A stretch of 32,000 nucleotides of DNA, from NCBI GenBank assembly GCA_947058615.1, contig CAMSHF010000008.1:1-32000 (forward strand). The letters run 5' to 3'. The translations under genes and the position numbers were made by a program. Source of the stretch: an uncultured Rickettsiella sp. (GTDB taxonomy: Bacteria; Pseudomonadota; Gammaproteobacteria; Diplorickettsiales; Diplorickettsiaceae). Shown here in pieces: positions 8,116-16,913 of this stretch (position 1 is the first letter of the stretch; each line of letters begins with the position of its first letter). The notes below the pieces were generated by a model, which worked only from the letters and a program-made list of their open reading frames with translations, was not told the DNA's origin and searched no databases.

Positions 8116-9327
8116 ATGATGAAAACATCTGCACTTTCAAGTATCAACCATGCTCTAGAAGATTTGCGTCAAGGAAAAATGATCATTTTATTTGATCATG
8201 AAAACCGTGAAAATGAAGGCGATCTAGTCCTTGCTGCAGAGAAAGTAACACCTGGGGCAATAAACTTTATGGCCCAACATGGGCGAGGTTTAATCTGTTT
8301 AGCTTTAGTTGAAGAAGATATTAGACGTTTACAAATCCCGATGATGGTAGAAAACTCAACTAACCCTTTTAATACGGCCTTTACGGCGTCTATTGAAGCT
8401 GCAAAGGGGGTTACTACTGGAATTTCTGCTGCAGACCGAGCTCATACCATTCAAGTGGCTATTGATTCGCAGAGTGGTCCGGAAGACATCGTTATGCCAG
8501 GCCATATTTTTCCATTGCGTGCGCGAAAAGGTGGCGTGCTAGAACGTATGGGACAAACTGAAGGAAGTACTGATTTAACCCGTTTAGCAGGATTAAAATC
8601 GGCAGCCGTTATTTGTGAAATCATGAATTCGGATGGAAGTATGGCACGCTTTGCTGACTTAGAGAAATTTGCAAAACAGCATCAACTCAGTTTATTATCG
8701 ATACGTGATTTGATTCAATACCGCTTACAAACCGAATCTTTAGTCAAAGAAATTGCCTGTATTCGTTTACCCACAGAAGAGTATGGCGATTTAATTATCA
8801 AACTCTTTGAAAGCAGTATGGATCAGCAGCATCATTTAGCCGTGATTAAGGAAAAACAAACTTCATCTTTACCCACTTTAGTCCGTATCCATTCAGAATG
8901 TTTTACAGGCGATCTGTTTGGTTCAGCTCGCTGTGATTGCGGATGGCAATTCCATGAATCCTTAACGCAAATCAGTCAACAAGGCGGTGTATTGCTTTAC
9001 TTACGTCAAGAGGGTCGAGGCATTGGTTTGCTAAATAAACTTAAAGCTTATGCGCTACAAGACCAAGGTCTTGACACCGTCGAAGCCAATCAAAAGTTAG
9101 GTTTTGGTAGTGATGATCGTAATTATTGGATAGGCGCACAAATTCTACAAAATTTGAAGATACTGAAAATAAAATTACTCACTAATAATCTTCAAAAGGT
9201 TATTGACTTAGAACAATACGGAATTGAAGTCGTTGAACGTATTCCATTAATTGCAATACCTAACTCAACCAACCATGCTTATCTAAAAACGAAGCAAATC
9301 AAACTCGGACACCTTCTCGACTTATAA
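8116..9327 (+). CDS. ribBA: Bifunctional 3,4-dihydroxy-2-butanone-4-phosphate synthase / GTP cyclohydrolase II
   Basis: 403 aa. The DHBP synthase block reads [12 protein letters not shown]...GHIFPL. The GCH-II block reads [18 protein letters not shown]...[11 protein letters not shown]. Confidence 0.92.
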   Translation: MMKTSALSSINHALEDLRQGKMIILFDHENRENEGDLVLAAEKVTPGAINFMAQHGRGLICLALVEEDIRRLQIPMMVENSTNPFNTAFTASIEAAKGVTTGISAADRAHTIQVAIDSQSGPEDIVMPGHIFPLRARKGGVLERMGQTEGSTDLTRLAGLKSAAVICEIMNSDGSMARFADLEKFAKQHQLSLLSIRDLIQYRLQTESLVKEIACIRLPTEEYGDLIIKLFESSMDQQHHLAVIKEKQTSSLPTLVRIHSECFTGDLFGSARCDCGWQFHESLTQISQQGGVLLYLRQEGRGIGLLNKLKAYALQDQGLDTVEANQKLGFGSDDRNYWIGAQILQNLKILKIKLLTNNLQKVIDLEQYGIEVVERIPLIAIPNSTNHAYLKTKQIKLGHLLDL

Positions 9328-9339
9328 AAAGGAGCTTCT

Positions 9340-9837
9340 ATGCAAAAAATAAAAGAGATTATCGCTAAACCCTTACACTTTAACCAACCTACTGATAAGT
9401 TTAATATTGCAATCATAGCCAGCCGTTTTAATTCACGTGTCACTGAAGAATTATTAAATGGCGCTTTACAACGATTAAAGGAATTAAATTTTCCTGAACA
9501 ATGCATTACTCTTATCAGAGTCCCCGGAGCGGTTGAAATCGGCCTTGCTGCACAGCAAATAGCTATTTCAGATGAAAACTGTCTAGCTATTATTTGTTTG
9601 GGTGCAGTTATCCGTGGCGAAACCAGTCACTTTGATTATGTTTGCCAACAAGTCAGTTACGCTTGCCAAAAAGTTGCTTTGCAAGAATCTATACCCGTTA
9701 TTTTTGGGGTATTAACCACTGACAACATAGAACAAGCTTTAGCACGCGCAGATGGAAAACGATGTCATAAAGGGCGTGAGGCAGTCGATGCCGCCATGGA
9801 AATGATCTCGGTATTAGAACAAATTGATTCTGAATAA
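9340..9837 (+). CDS. ribH: 6,7-dimethyl-8-ribityllumazine synthase
   Basis: 165 aa. Typical lumazine synthase blocks are present (IASRFN, VPGAVEIGLAAQ, GAVIRGETSHFDYV). An AAGGAG Shine-Dalgarno sequence lies 6 nt upstream of the ATG. Confidence 0.92.
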   Translation: MQKIKEIIAKPLHFNQPTDKFNIAIIASRFNSRVTEELLNGALQRLKELNFPEQCITLIRVPGAVEIGLAAQQIAISDENCLAIICLGAVIRGETSHFDYVCQQVSYACQKVALQESIPVIFGVLTTDNIEQALARADGKRCHKGREAVDAAMEMISVLEQIDSE

Positions 9838-9852
9838 CTATCAGGCTTAATA

Positions 9853-9879
9853 TTAAGCAGTTATGACTTAACTGCTTAA
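9853..9879. terminator. Bidirectional stem-loop terminator between convergent ribH and fpr
   Basis: A perfect 10-bp stem pairs ttaagcagtt (9853-9862) with aactgcttaa (9870-9879) around a 7-nt loop. It fills the 46-nt convergent gap between the two genes. Confidence 0.6.
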
Positions 9880-9883
9880 ATTG

Positions 9884-10627
9884 TTAATTAGAGGAAATAT
9901 ATTTTTCACGCCGAATAATATCCGTAGGAAAAGCGTAACTTTTAACTAAGAGTGTGAAGACTTCATCTACCATATTAGGATTACCGCATAAATAGACAAT
10001 ATCCTGTTTTGCATTCGGTTTAATTTCATTAAAGGCACTCAAAACATAACCGGTATGCTCATAATCCAAAGCTTCTTTCAATTTAACCCGACTGTAATAA
10101 GCATGAAATTCAAACCAGACATTTCTCTTTGCAAATGCAATAAATTCATCACGATATAATAGATCTTCCTGCCTACGTACGCCAAATAATAAGATAACTT
10201 TAAAACAAGGGCGTAATTTAAATCGGTATTCCAATTCTGCTAACATCGTCCGGTAGGGTGTAACTCCGGTGCCAGTCGCCACTAAAATATATCGCTCAGG
10301 CATCTCATCGCGCAAAATAAGCCGCCCAAAGGGACCTGTCGCAGTTAACCTGTCACCCGGCTTTAATGTAAATAAAAGTTGACTGGCAATTCCTGCAGGA
10401 ACGTAAGAGGCTGCAAACTCAATCTTATTAGCCGCCTTATGGGTTTTATTGGCGATACTATAGCTCCGACGCAGTATCTTTTCAGCAGTAGGAATATGCA
10501 AGGTGATAAATTGGCCCGGAATAAATTCAAAGCTGCCACCTTCTTCATAGCGAAAAGTGAAGTGCTTCACATCCGGAGCAATCTGCTCACTCTTCTCAAG
10601 GATTAAATGAAATTCTTTTCGTGACAT
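9884..10627 (-). CDS. fpr: Ferredoxin--NADP(+) reductase (flavodoxin reductase family)
   Basis: 247 aa. The FAD-binding RSYSIAN (RxYS) motif, the NAD(P)-binding GTGVTP motif and a C-terminal LCGNPNM block are all present. Confidence 0.88.
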   Translation of the reverse strand: MSRKEFHLILEKSEQIAPDVKHFTFRYEEGGSFEFIPGQFITLHIPTAEKILRRSYSIANKTHKAANKIEFAASYVPAGIASQLLFTLKPGDRLTATGPFGRLILRDEMPERYILVATGTGVTPYRTMLAELEYRFKLRPCFKVILLFGVRRQEDLLYRDEFIAFAKRNVWFEFHAYYSRVKLKEALDYEHTGYVLSAFNEIKPNAKQDIVYLCGNPNMVDEVFTLLVKSYAFPTDIIRREKYISSN

Positions 10628-10714
10628 AATCCGCGTAGTCTAATCAGCTGAATCCATTTCGTCAAAATATTTGTCTAAAGGAGGTAACTGATGTAAAAAA
10701 AGAAAATCTAAATT

Positions 10715-12223
10715 CTACCCTCTTCCTCGTAATGATATAGATGATGGTAGTTCAACAAGTTCTTCTGCCGATTTAGGAGGGAGTTTAATTTCAGGAGTAA
10801 TCTTTTGATGAATAGCCATATCATCTGTCCAGACTCTAGGCGGCTTAATTTCGTAATTATTCTGAAAAAAAGGTTCAAACATTGTTGCTAACAAAAAGTG
10901 AACCATGACTGAAGGATGTAAATCATCCCAGAATAAGTCTTGTTGATTAGGAAAATGTTCTTTTATCGCAAATAATACCGATGCATAAATATCAGCAAGC
11001 TGAATTTTTTCATTCAATTTTTCTTCATAAGCTTTTACAGCAGATTGCACCATACAAGTCGTCCAAGCATCATGTTTATCTTCAGATCCAACTAATTGAC
11101 TTATTCCATCTTTTAATGGATGCCCATCTAGTTTTTTAGTAAGCGCTTTTTTGTCCTCTACTCTATCTAAGTTAAATGTAGTAATACTAGGAAGCCTCAT
11201 TGAACCTTCTCCATGCTCAACCAACTTTCCATTTTTCACATAGTAGCAAAATAATTCTAATCCATCCTGATTATTTTGATTGACTTCTTTAATGACGATG
11301 GCATTTCCTGAAGTTACAGTTGTAGAAATACATTCTTTGTCCTGATTTTTATCTAAATAATAAACAGCACAGCCACTCGTAAATCCATACGCCTCAGGAT
11401 TTTCATCTATTTCTTTAAAAACGGCTGCTGTATCAAATATTTTTACATCACGTCGTGATTTTCCTTCTTTTTCTTGATAATTTTTAACTAAATTTCTTAA
11501 TTGTTCATTAAATGTATTACAAGCTTCTTCTGCTTGCTCTCTTTCCTTTTCAGTTTTTTTAGAAAATCGAGGGGTTTTACTAAAATCAGGCAGCGTAAAA
11601 ACTAGTACATTTTTAGCATAATTTGAATCTTCTTTTTCTTGAGGAGTCGTCAAAATTTCAATTGTTTTAGCAATTCCTTGCACAGCTCTTTCGGCACCTT
11701 TTCTATTACAATATCCTAGGGTGACTAGATCATTTGCTCCAGCAAAAATAATACATAAGTCATCTGGATTAAGCTGAGTATTCTTATCTCTTTTTAATTT
11801 TTTTGCCTCAGTTTCTATATTAGTTAACACAAGACTTAGAAAAAAACCTTTAATAAAACGAAAGAAATTTAAAAAGCCTCCATAATTATAAGCCGTAGCC
11901 CCTCCTTGTGCCCTATTCTCAGACTTGAAGAAACCATGAATGGGTATCAAGTGAGTATTCTCTATAGGAAATTTGATTATGTTGTTAAATGCATAACTCC
12001 AAATAAAACCATTGGTAAATTGTTTATGGGGTGATTTATATAAAAAGAGACTTAATGGGATAAAACCGAGTATTTTTTTATCATACATTCCATTTTTACC
12101 GCCTGGATCACTTAAACTATCTCCAAGGATATTTTCTCCAGCTATTTCGCTCTTCTTTTCCACGTTGCTAAAAGAGGCTACTTTATGCAAATCAGCATAT
12201 TTATGTTGGGATATAGGTGTCAT
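10715..12223 (-). CDS. GDSL/SGNH-family lipase or glycerophospholipid:cholesterol acyltransferase (Aeromonas GCAT / Salmonella SseJ / Legionella PlaA-C-D family), without a signal peptide
   Basis: 502 aa with all SGNH blocks: I ILGDSLSD, II AQGGATAYNY, III DDLCIIFAGANDLV, and V LFWDDLHPS. By eye it is collinear with Aeromonas GCAT (LVFTLPDFSKTP vs LLFNLPDLGQNP; VKIFD vs VKLFE). A long insert lies between blocks III and V. Confidence 0.85.
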   Translation of the reverse strand: MTPISQHKYADLHKVASFSNVEKKSEIAGENILGDSLSDPGGKNGMYDKKILGFIPLSLFLYKSPHKQFTNGFIWSYAFNNIIKFPIENTHLIPIHGFFKSENRAQGGATAYNYGGFLNFFRFIKGFFLSLVLTNIETEAKKLKRDKNTQLNPDDLCIIFAGANDLVTLGYCNRKGAERAVQGIAKTIEILTTPQEKEDSNYAKNVLVFTLPDFSKTPRFSKKTEKEREQAEEACNTFNEQLRNLVKNYQEKEGKSRRDVKIFDTAAVFKEIDENPEAYGFTSGCAVYYLDKNQDKECISTTVTSGNAIVIKEVNQNNQDGLELFCYYVKNGKLVEHGEGSMRLPSITTFNLDRVEDKKALTKKLDGHPLKDGISQLVGSEDKHDAWTTCMVQSAVKAYEEKLNEKIQLADIYASVLFAIKEHFPNQQDLFWDDLHPSVMVHFLLATMFEPFFQNNYEIKPPRVWTDDMAIHQKITPEIKLPPKSAEELVELPSSISLRGRG

Positions 12224-12319
12224 AATAAATTTTATTCTTGTTTTTAGTATATGTATTATCTACTTTATAGGTAATATAACTAATTATTAAAGATCTATCA
12301 AAGGATAAAAATTAATCAG

Positions 12320-13252
12320 CTAATTTTTCTTAAAATAATCTTTTGCAATGGCTATATCTTTAGTAATTTGTTGCTTAAGCGCTTCTAAATTATCGAATTT
12401 TTTTTCATTGCGTATTTTTTTTAAAAATTCTACTTCAATATACCGACCATAAATATTTTGATCAAAATCAAACAAATGCACCTCGAGTAAATTTTTTGAG
12501 CCGCCTAGCGTAGGACGTTTACCAGAATTTGCGACACCTGCTAAAAGCTTTTTTGATAAGCCATAGACATTAACAATAAATACTCCTTGTAAAGGAGGAG
12601 TTTGTCGATGTAGTCCGATATTCGCTGTTGGAAAACCAAGTAAATGACCGCGCTGATCGCCATAAATGACTCGGCCACTGAGTCTAAAAGCACGGCCCAG
12701 TAATAATTTTGCTAATTTAAAATCTGCTTGCCATACCGCATTTCTTACGCGTGAGCTGCCGATACGCTCATTGTCAAATAATACTGTGGGTGAAGAAAAA
12801 ACGTTGAATTTATATTCCTTGCCTAACTTCTTTAACAAAGTAAAATCTCCTTGTCGTCCCTTACCAAAACGAAAATCATCTCCGATAATTAAGCCTTTTA
12901 TACCCAGCTTATCGACTAAAATTTTTTTAACAAACTCCTTTGCACTGCATGCGGCTAAATGTTTGTTAAAGCGTAAACAAAGGACTCGATCGATACCTAA
13001 GAATTGTAAACATTTAATTTTTTCACGGAGCCGCATTAGTCGAGCAGGCGCTTTAGATTGATTAAAAAATTCTTGTGGATGAGGCTCAAAAAGAATCACA
13101 CAAGTAGGCAGGTTAAGTTGTTGACCTAGTTTGATTAATGATTGAATAACTCTTTGATGCCCTTGATGTAAGCCATCAAAGTTACCGATAGTCGCAACAC
13201 AGCCTTTATGTTTAACCCTTATATTATGGGTATTACAAATAAGTTCTGTCAT
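12320..13252 (-). CDS. ribF: Bifunctional riboflavin kinase / FMN adenylyltransferase
   Basis: 310 aa with the GNFDGLHQGHQ nucleotidyltransferase motif and a C-terminal riboflavin kinase domain (GFPTANI, LEVHLFDF). There is a 4-nt ATGA overlap with murJ. Confidence 0.92.
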   Translation of the reverse strand: MTELICNTHNIRVKHKGCVATIGNFDGLHQGHQRVIQSLIKLGQQLNLPTCVILFEPHPQEFFNQSKAPARLMRLREKIKCLQFLGIDRVLCLRFNKHLAACSAKEFVKKILVDKLGIKGLIIGDDFRFGKGRQGDFTLLKKLGKEYKFNVFSSPTVLFDNERIGSSRVRNAVWQADFKLAKLLLGRAFRLSGRVIYGDQRGHLLGFPTANIGLHRQTPPLQGVFIVNVYGLSKKLLAGVANSGKRPTLGGSKNLLEVHLFDFDQNIYGRYIEVEFLKKIRNEKKFDNLEALKQQITKDIAIAKDYFKKN

Positions 13253-14781
13253 GACTGAGCTTTTAAATCATGGTAGCGCAAACCACTTACCCATAACGTA
13301 GCAATGTAAATAATAATGGCAGAGATGCCTAGAATAAAAATATGTAAAAAGCGTTGCTGCCAACTCCAAGTTATCCAAACTAAAGTAGTGGATGCTGTCC
13401 AATATAAAAATAAACTCAATATGCTATTAGCAAATACTAATTGTAATATAAACTTTAGCCAACCGGATTGCCATTGAAAAACGTTACGGGTTTGCAACCC
13501 CCAAAACAATAGACCTACATTCAACCAAGCCGATAACGAGCTTGACAAAGCTAACCCGGCATGTTTTAAAGGAAAAATGAATAGCGCATTCAAAATCATA
13601 TTCGCAATTAGCGCAATAACCCCAATTCGTACGGGTGTTTTTATATTTTGCTGAGCATAAAAAGCAGCTGTTAATATTTTTATGAACATAAATGCCTGCA
13701 AACCGATGGAATAAGCTACCACACTCTGTTGAGTCATAAAAACATCATGGATAGTAAATTTTGTATTATAAAAAAGCGTTACAATAAGCGGTCCAGATAA
13801 AATCAGCATGGTTAGAGAAGCAGGAATGCCGATTAGTAAATTACAACGTAAACCCCAGTTTAAAGTACTGGCAAAAGATTCGGGTGATTTCGCTGCATGC
13901 TGTCGAGAAAGATGCGGCAAAATCACTGTCATTAAAGCCACACCAAACACACCTAACGGAAAGTAAGCCAGTCTATCGGAGTAGTAAAGCCAAGTCACAC
14001 TACCTGTCACTAAAAAAGAGGCAAAAATAGTATTGAGTAATAAACTGATTTGTCCTATAGAAGAACCGAATAAAGCGGGTAACATCAGTTTTAATACCTT
14101 TTGAACACCCGGATCATGCCATTTAAATTTGGGTTTTTGTAATAATTTTAATCGATGTAGAAAAGGTAATTGAAAGCCTAACTGTAGAAATCCTGCTAAT
14201 AGAACACCCCACGCTTGAGCTTCGACAGGTATTTTAAAAAAATGTGCTACACCAAATGCAGTAATAATTAAAGAAATATTTAATAATGCAGGGGTAAAAG
14301 CAGGAACCCAAAACTGTCCATAGCAGTTTAAAGTTGCTCCTACTAAAGCCGTTAAAGAGATCAACATCAAATAAGGGAATGTTATTCTTAGCATTTCTAT
14401 GGTTAATTGAAAACGGTAAGGATCTAAACCGGGTGCAAATAAACTCACTAAACCTTGACTTCCCAGAACCCCTAGTATACAAATAGCCAACAAAATTAAT
14501 CCTAATGTCCCTGCAATATAAGCAACAAATTGCTGTACTTCTTCTGGTGAACGGGTTTGTTTATATTCTGATAGCGTGGGAATAAACGCTGTAGAAAAAG
14601 ATCCTTCAGCAAATAATCCGCGCATAAAATTAGGAATTTTAAACGCAATGTAAAAAGCATCAACGGCTGCTGTAGCCCCAAAAACTCTAGCGGCAACCAT
14701 ATCGCGAACAAAACCTAAAATTCGCGAAATAAATGTCATAAAAGCAACAGCGGAAGTTGATTTAAAAAGTACTTTACTCAT
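13249..14781 (-). CDS. murJ: Lipid II flippase MurJ (MviN)
   Basis: Polytopic membrane protein with an N-terminus, MSKVLFKSTSAVAFMTFISRILGFVRD, that matches the E. coli MurJ start. I chose the ATG at 14781, which overlaps the ruvX stop as ATGA. The longest ORF begins at 14796. Confidence 0.9.
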   Translation of the reverse strand: MSKVLFKSTSAVAFMTFISRILGFVRDMVAARVFGATAAVDAFYIAFKIPNFMRGLFAEGSFSTAFIPTLSEYKQTRSPEEVQQFVAYIAGTLGLILLAICILGVLGSQGLVSLFAPGLDPYRFQLTIEMLRITFPYLMLISLTALVGATLNCYGQFWVPAFTPALLNISLIITAFGVAHFFKIPVEAQAWGVLLAGFLQLGFQLPFLHRLKLLQKPKFKWHDPGVQKVLKLMLPALFGSSIGQISLLLNTIFASFLVTGSVTWLYYSDRLAYFPLGVFGVALMTVILPHLSRQHAAKSPESFASTLNWGLRCNLLIGIPASLTMLILSGPLIVTLFYNTKFTIHDVFMTQQSVVAYSIGLQAFMFIKILTAAFYAQQNIKTPVRIGVIALIANMILNALFIFPLKHAGLALSSSLSAWLNVGLLFWGLQTRNVFQWQSGWLKFILQLVFANSILSLFLYWTASTTLVWITWSWQQRFLHIFILGISAIIIYIATLWVSGLRYHDLKAQS

Positions 14782-15197
14782 CGGTTCTCTAACCACATTT
14801 CAACAATTAATTGAGCCGCAATACTATCAATAGATTTTTTTTTCAAAGCTTTATACCCACCCATAGCAAAAAGTCGTGAGCGTGCTTCAACGGTGGTCAG
14901 TCTTTCATCAATAGAAAAAACGGGCAATTGAAAACGATTTTTTAATTCCGTTAAAAAATCTCGTGCTAAATACGTAATGGACTGCTCTGTTCCATCCATA
15001 TTTAATGGAATACCCACAACCAACACATCAGGAGACCAAATCTCCAATAATTGTGCAATTTCTTCCCAAGGGAGATTGCCTTTTTTAACAATTAAACTTG
15101 TCAAAGGCTGCGCTAAGGCAGGTGAGGTTTGTCCTACTGCCACACCAATATACTTTGAACCAAAATCAAATCCTATAACCGTCTTAACCTCAGGCAT
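14778..15197 (-). CDS. ruvX: Holliday junction resolvase-like / pre-16S rRNA nuclease RuvX (YqgF)
   Basis: The N-terminus reads MPEVKTVIGFDFGSKYIGVAVGQ, with the typical YqgF DFG motif. The preferred start is the ATG at 15197, overlapping the yqgE stop by 8 nt. The longest ORF begins at 15215. Confidence 0.88.
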   Translation of the reverse strand: MPEVKTVIGFDFGSKYIGVAVGQTSPALAQPLTSLIVKKGNLPWEEIAQLLEIWSPDVLVVGIPLNMDGTEQSITYLARDFLTELKNRFQLPVFSIDERLTTVEARSRLFAMGGYKALKKKSIDSIAAQLIVEMWLENR

Positions 15198-15768
15198 GAC
15201 CACCCATATAAGCAAGCTTAGTCACATCAACACCTAAATAATGCATAGCCTTTAACCATCGTTCTTCAAAAGGGGTATCAAACAATAGCTTAGGACTTGC
15301 AGGCAAAGTTAACCAAAAATTATTAACTATTTCTTGCTCCATTTGACCTGCTATCCAACTTGCATACCCTAATGAGAAAATAAACTTATCAGGTCCTTGT
15401 TGTTTAGCAATTGCTAATAAAATATCTTTGGAGGTAGTTACCGATATCTCACTGCTCATTTTAAGACTTGATTGCCATTTTCCTATGGGAGCATGTATTA
15501 CAAAACCACGTTCCGGATGAACAGGTCCTCCGCATAATATCGGAAAATCTGCCCCCGATAGGGGTACAGCCTTGTCATCGATAACCTGTTGTAATATTTC
15601 TGGCAGATTAACTCGCAAAGATTGTAAGGGTTGATTGATAACTATCCCCACAGCCCCTTTTTCAGTATGCTCACAAATATACACCACTGCTCGATTAAAA
15701 TAGACATCAGTTAGAATGGGCATAGCCACTAAGAAATAATTTGTAAAATAATTTGTTGTATCTATCAT
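15190..15768 (-). CDS. yqgE: YqgE/AlgH family protein (UPF0301)
   Basis: Conserved blocks are FLVAMPILTD..F.RAVVYICEHTEKGAVGIVINQP, plus the conserved yqgE-ruvX pairing. I prefer the ATG at 15768, preceded by GAAGGG, because the family N-terminus starts just before FLVAMP. The longest ORF extends to 15819. Confidence 0.85.
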   Translation of the reverse strand: MIDTTNYFTNYFLVAMPILTDVYFNRAVVYICEHTEKGAVGIVINQPLQSLRVNLPEILQQVIDDKAVPLSGADFPILCGGPVHPERGFVIHAPIGKWQSSLKMSSEISVTTSKDILLAIAKQQGPDKFIFSLGYASWIAGQMEQEIVNNFWLTLPASPKLLFDTPFEERWLKAMHYLGVDVTKLAYMGGHA

Positions 15769-15969
15769 TAATCCCTTCTCAACTAAAATCTGATCGCTCA
15801 TCATAACACTTGCTTTCACTCTGCGGTACGCATTTGTACGAAATAAGCTCTGTCCCTAAGGTAGCGCCTATTCTACCAGCGAAATAGCTATTTTTTTGTA
15901 AAAAATGATATGATACTAAGCATTGCTGCGTAAGTATAAGAAATTGTATTTTCGAAAAAGAGGAAACGT

Positions 15970-16455
15970 ATGAGCATTAATTTTCGTGTAGGTTATGGTT
16001 ATGATGTACACGCTTTTGAAACAGGAGACCATATCACATTAGGAGGAGTCAGAATCCCTCATCAATCAGGACTTAAAGCCCATTCAGATGGTGATGTCGT
16101 CATTCATGCTTTAGTTGATGCTTTATTAGGCGCCTGTGGTTTGGGCGATATAGGACACTATTTCCCTGATACAGATAAACGTTGGGAAAATAAAGAAAGC
16201 CGAATTTTTTTGAAAAAAACCGTTGAAATGATGGATGAAAAAAATTGGTCCATTACTAATGTCGATATTACTATCATTGCTGAAGCACCTAAACTTAAGG
16301 ATTACTTTGAAAAAATGCGAATCAATTTAGCAAGAGAAATGCAAATTAAGCCAGATCAGGTCAATGTAAAAGCAACTACGACAGAAAAATTAGGTTTTAT
16401 TGGTCGCAAAGAAGGAATAGCAGCGACTGCAATCGCTCTACTTCAAAACAGGTAA
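15970..16455 (+). CDS. ispF: 2-C-methyl-D-erythritol 2,4-cyclodiphosphate synthase
   Basis: 161 aa with GYGYDVHAF, HSDGDVVIHAL and GDIGHYFPDTD blocks. An AAGAGG-type Shine-Dalgarno sequence lies upstream. Confidence 0.93.
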   Translation: MSINFRVGYGYDVHAFETGDHITLGGVRIPHQSGLKAHSDGDVVIHALVDALLGACGLGDIGHYFPDTDKRWENKESRIFLKKTVEMMDEKNWSITNVDITIIAEAPKLKDYFEKMRINLAREMQIKPDQVNVKATTTEKLGFIGRKEGIAATAIALLQNR

Positions 16456-16460
16456 TTTTT

Positions 16461-16547
16461 TGGTACCGAGAGTGGGACTCGAACCCACACGATGTCACCA
16501 TCACCGGATTTTGAATCCGGCGCGTCTACCAATTCCGCCATCCCGGC
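16461..16547 (-). tRNA. tRNA-Leu (anticodon CAA), class II with long variable arm, encoded CCA
   Basis: The minus strand reads GCCGGGATGGCGGAATTGGTAGACGCGCCGGATTCAAAATCCGGTGATGGTGACATCGTGTGGGTTCGAGTCCCACTCTCGGTACCA. The anticodon stem CCGGA/TCCGG carries the loop TTCAAAA, and the T-loop is GGTTCGAGTCC. The 5' part closely resembles E. coli tRNA-Leu(CAA). The acceptor stem needs two G-U pairs. Confidence 0.9.
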
Positions 16548-16558
16548 AACGGGGCTCG

Positions 16559-16586
16559 ATTATAACAAAGTATTTTTTTGAATCAA
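16559..16586 (-). promoter_or_regulatory. Probable tRNA-Leu promoter (TTGATT, 16-nt spacer, TATAAT) with a GC-rich discriminator
   Basis: The minus strand reads TTGATTcaaaaaaatactttgtTATAATcgagccccgtt, followed directly by the tRNA 5' end. The consensus -10 sits about 11 nt upstream of the mature 5' end. The GC-rich discriminator is typical of stringently controlled stable-RNA promoters. Confidence 0.5.
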
Positions 16587-16913
16587 TCATTAACATCAAT
16601 CTGAAAAGCGATAAATATTTCTGCACTTGCAATCAAGATCTCAATCCCTTATTGTTTTCTACAGAGGCTGCAACATAGCTTACTCAAAATGAAGGTTAAA
16701 TAAAGCGTAAACTTAGGATCAATTAAGAGTAAAATTAACTTAAGGTTTAAATAATTGAGATAAGTCCAAAAAGAGTGGTTTGTTTAAACCGATTTTCAGG
16801 AAAATCCGGTTTTACCTCTTAAGTTATAGTTTGCATGCATTAACCTCCTTGATCTTTTAAAAAAAGGTATCGACAATAAGATCTCATGAGTAAGATGACC
16901 AAAGAGGTAAATA

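Noticed and set aside
5566-9339. FMN (RFN) riboswitch upstream of the rib genes
   Set aside because: The available gaps of 70, 36 and 12 nt are too short. None of the conserved RFN core sequence is visible. ribD overlaps mpl.
12273-12292. PmrA-box-like tandem TTAATA-type half-sites about 11 bp apart upstream of the GDSL lipase gene (minus strand: TTAATAATtagTTATATT)
   Set aside because: The second half-site is degenerate, and TTAAT-like strings are very common in this AT-rich intergenic DNA. The evidence is not strong enough to call a regulatory site, though a genome-wide motif scan would be worthwhile.
16460-16678. 72-aa plus-strand ORF (MVPRVGLEPTRCHHHRILNPARLPIPP...)
   Set aside because: It is the antisense reading of the tRNA-Leu gene, and the GLEPTR/NPARLPIP peptide is the classic artefact of translating a tRNA complement. 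The remainder is AT-rich intergenic sequence.
16461-16913. tRNA-Leu as a possible genomic-island integration site, with the MFS pair as cargo
   Set aside because: The window has no integrase, no visible direct repeat of the tRNA 3' end and no phage or IS genes. The 366-bp gap contains the tRNA promoter and only weak hairpins.
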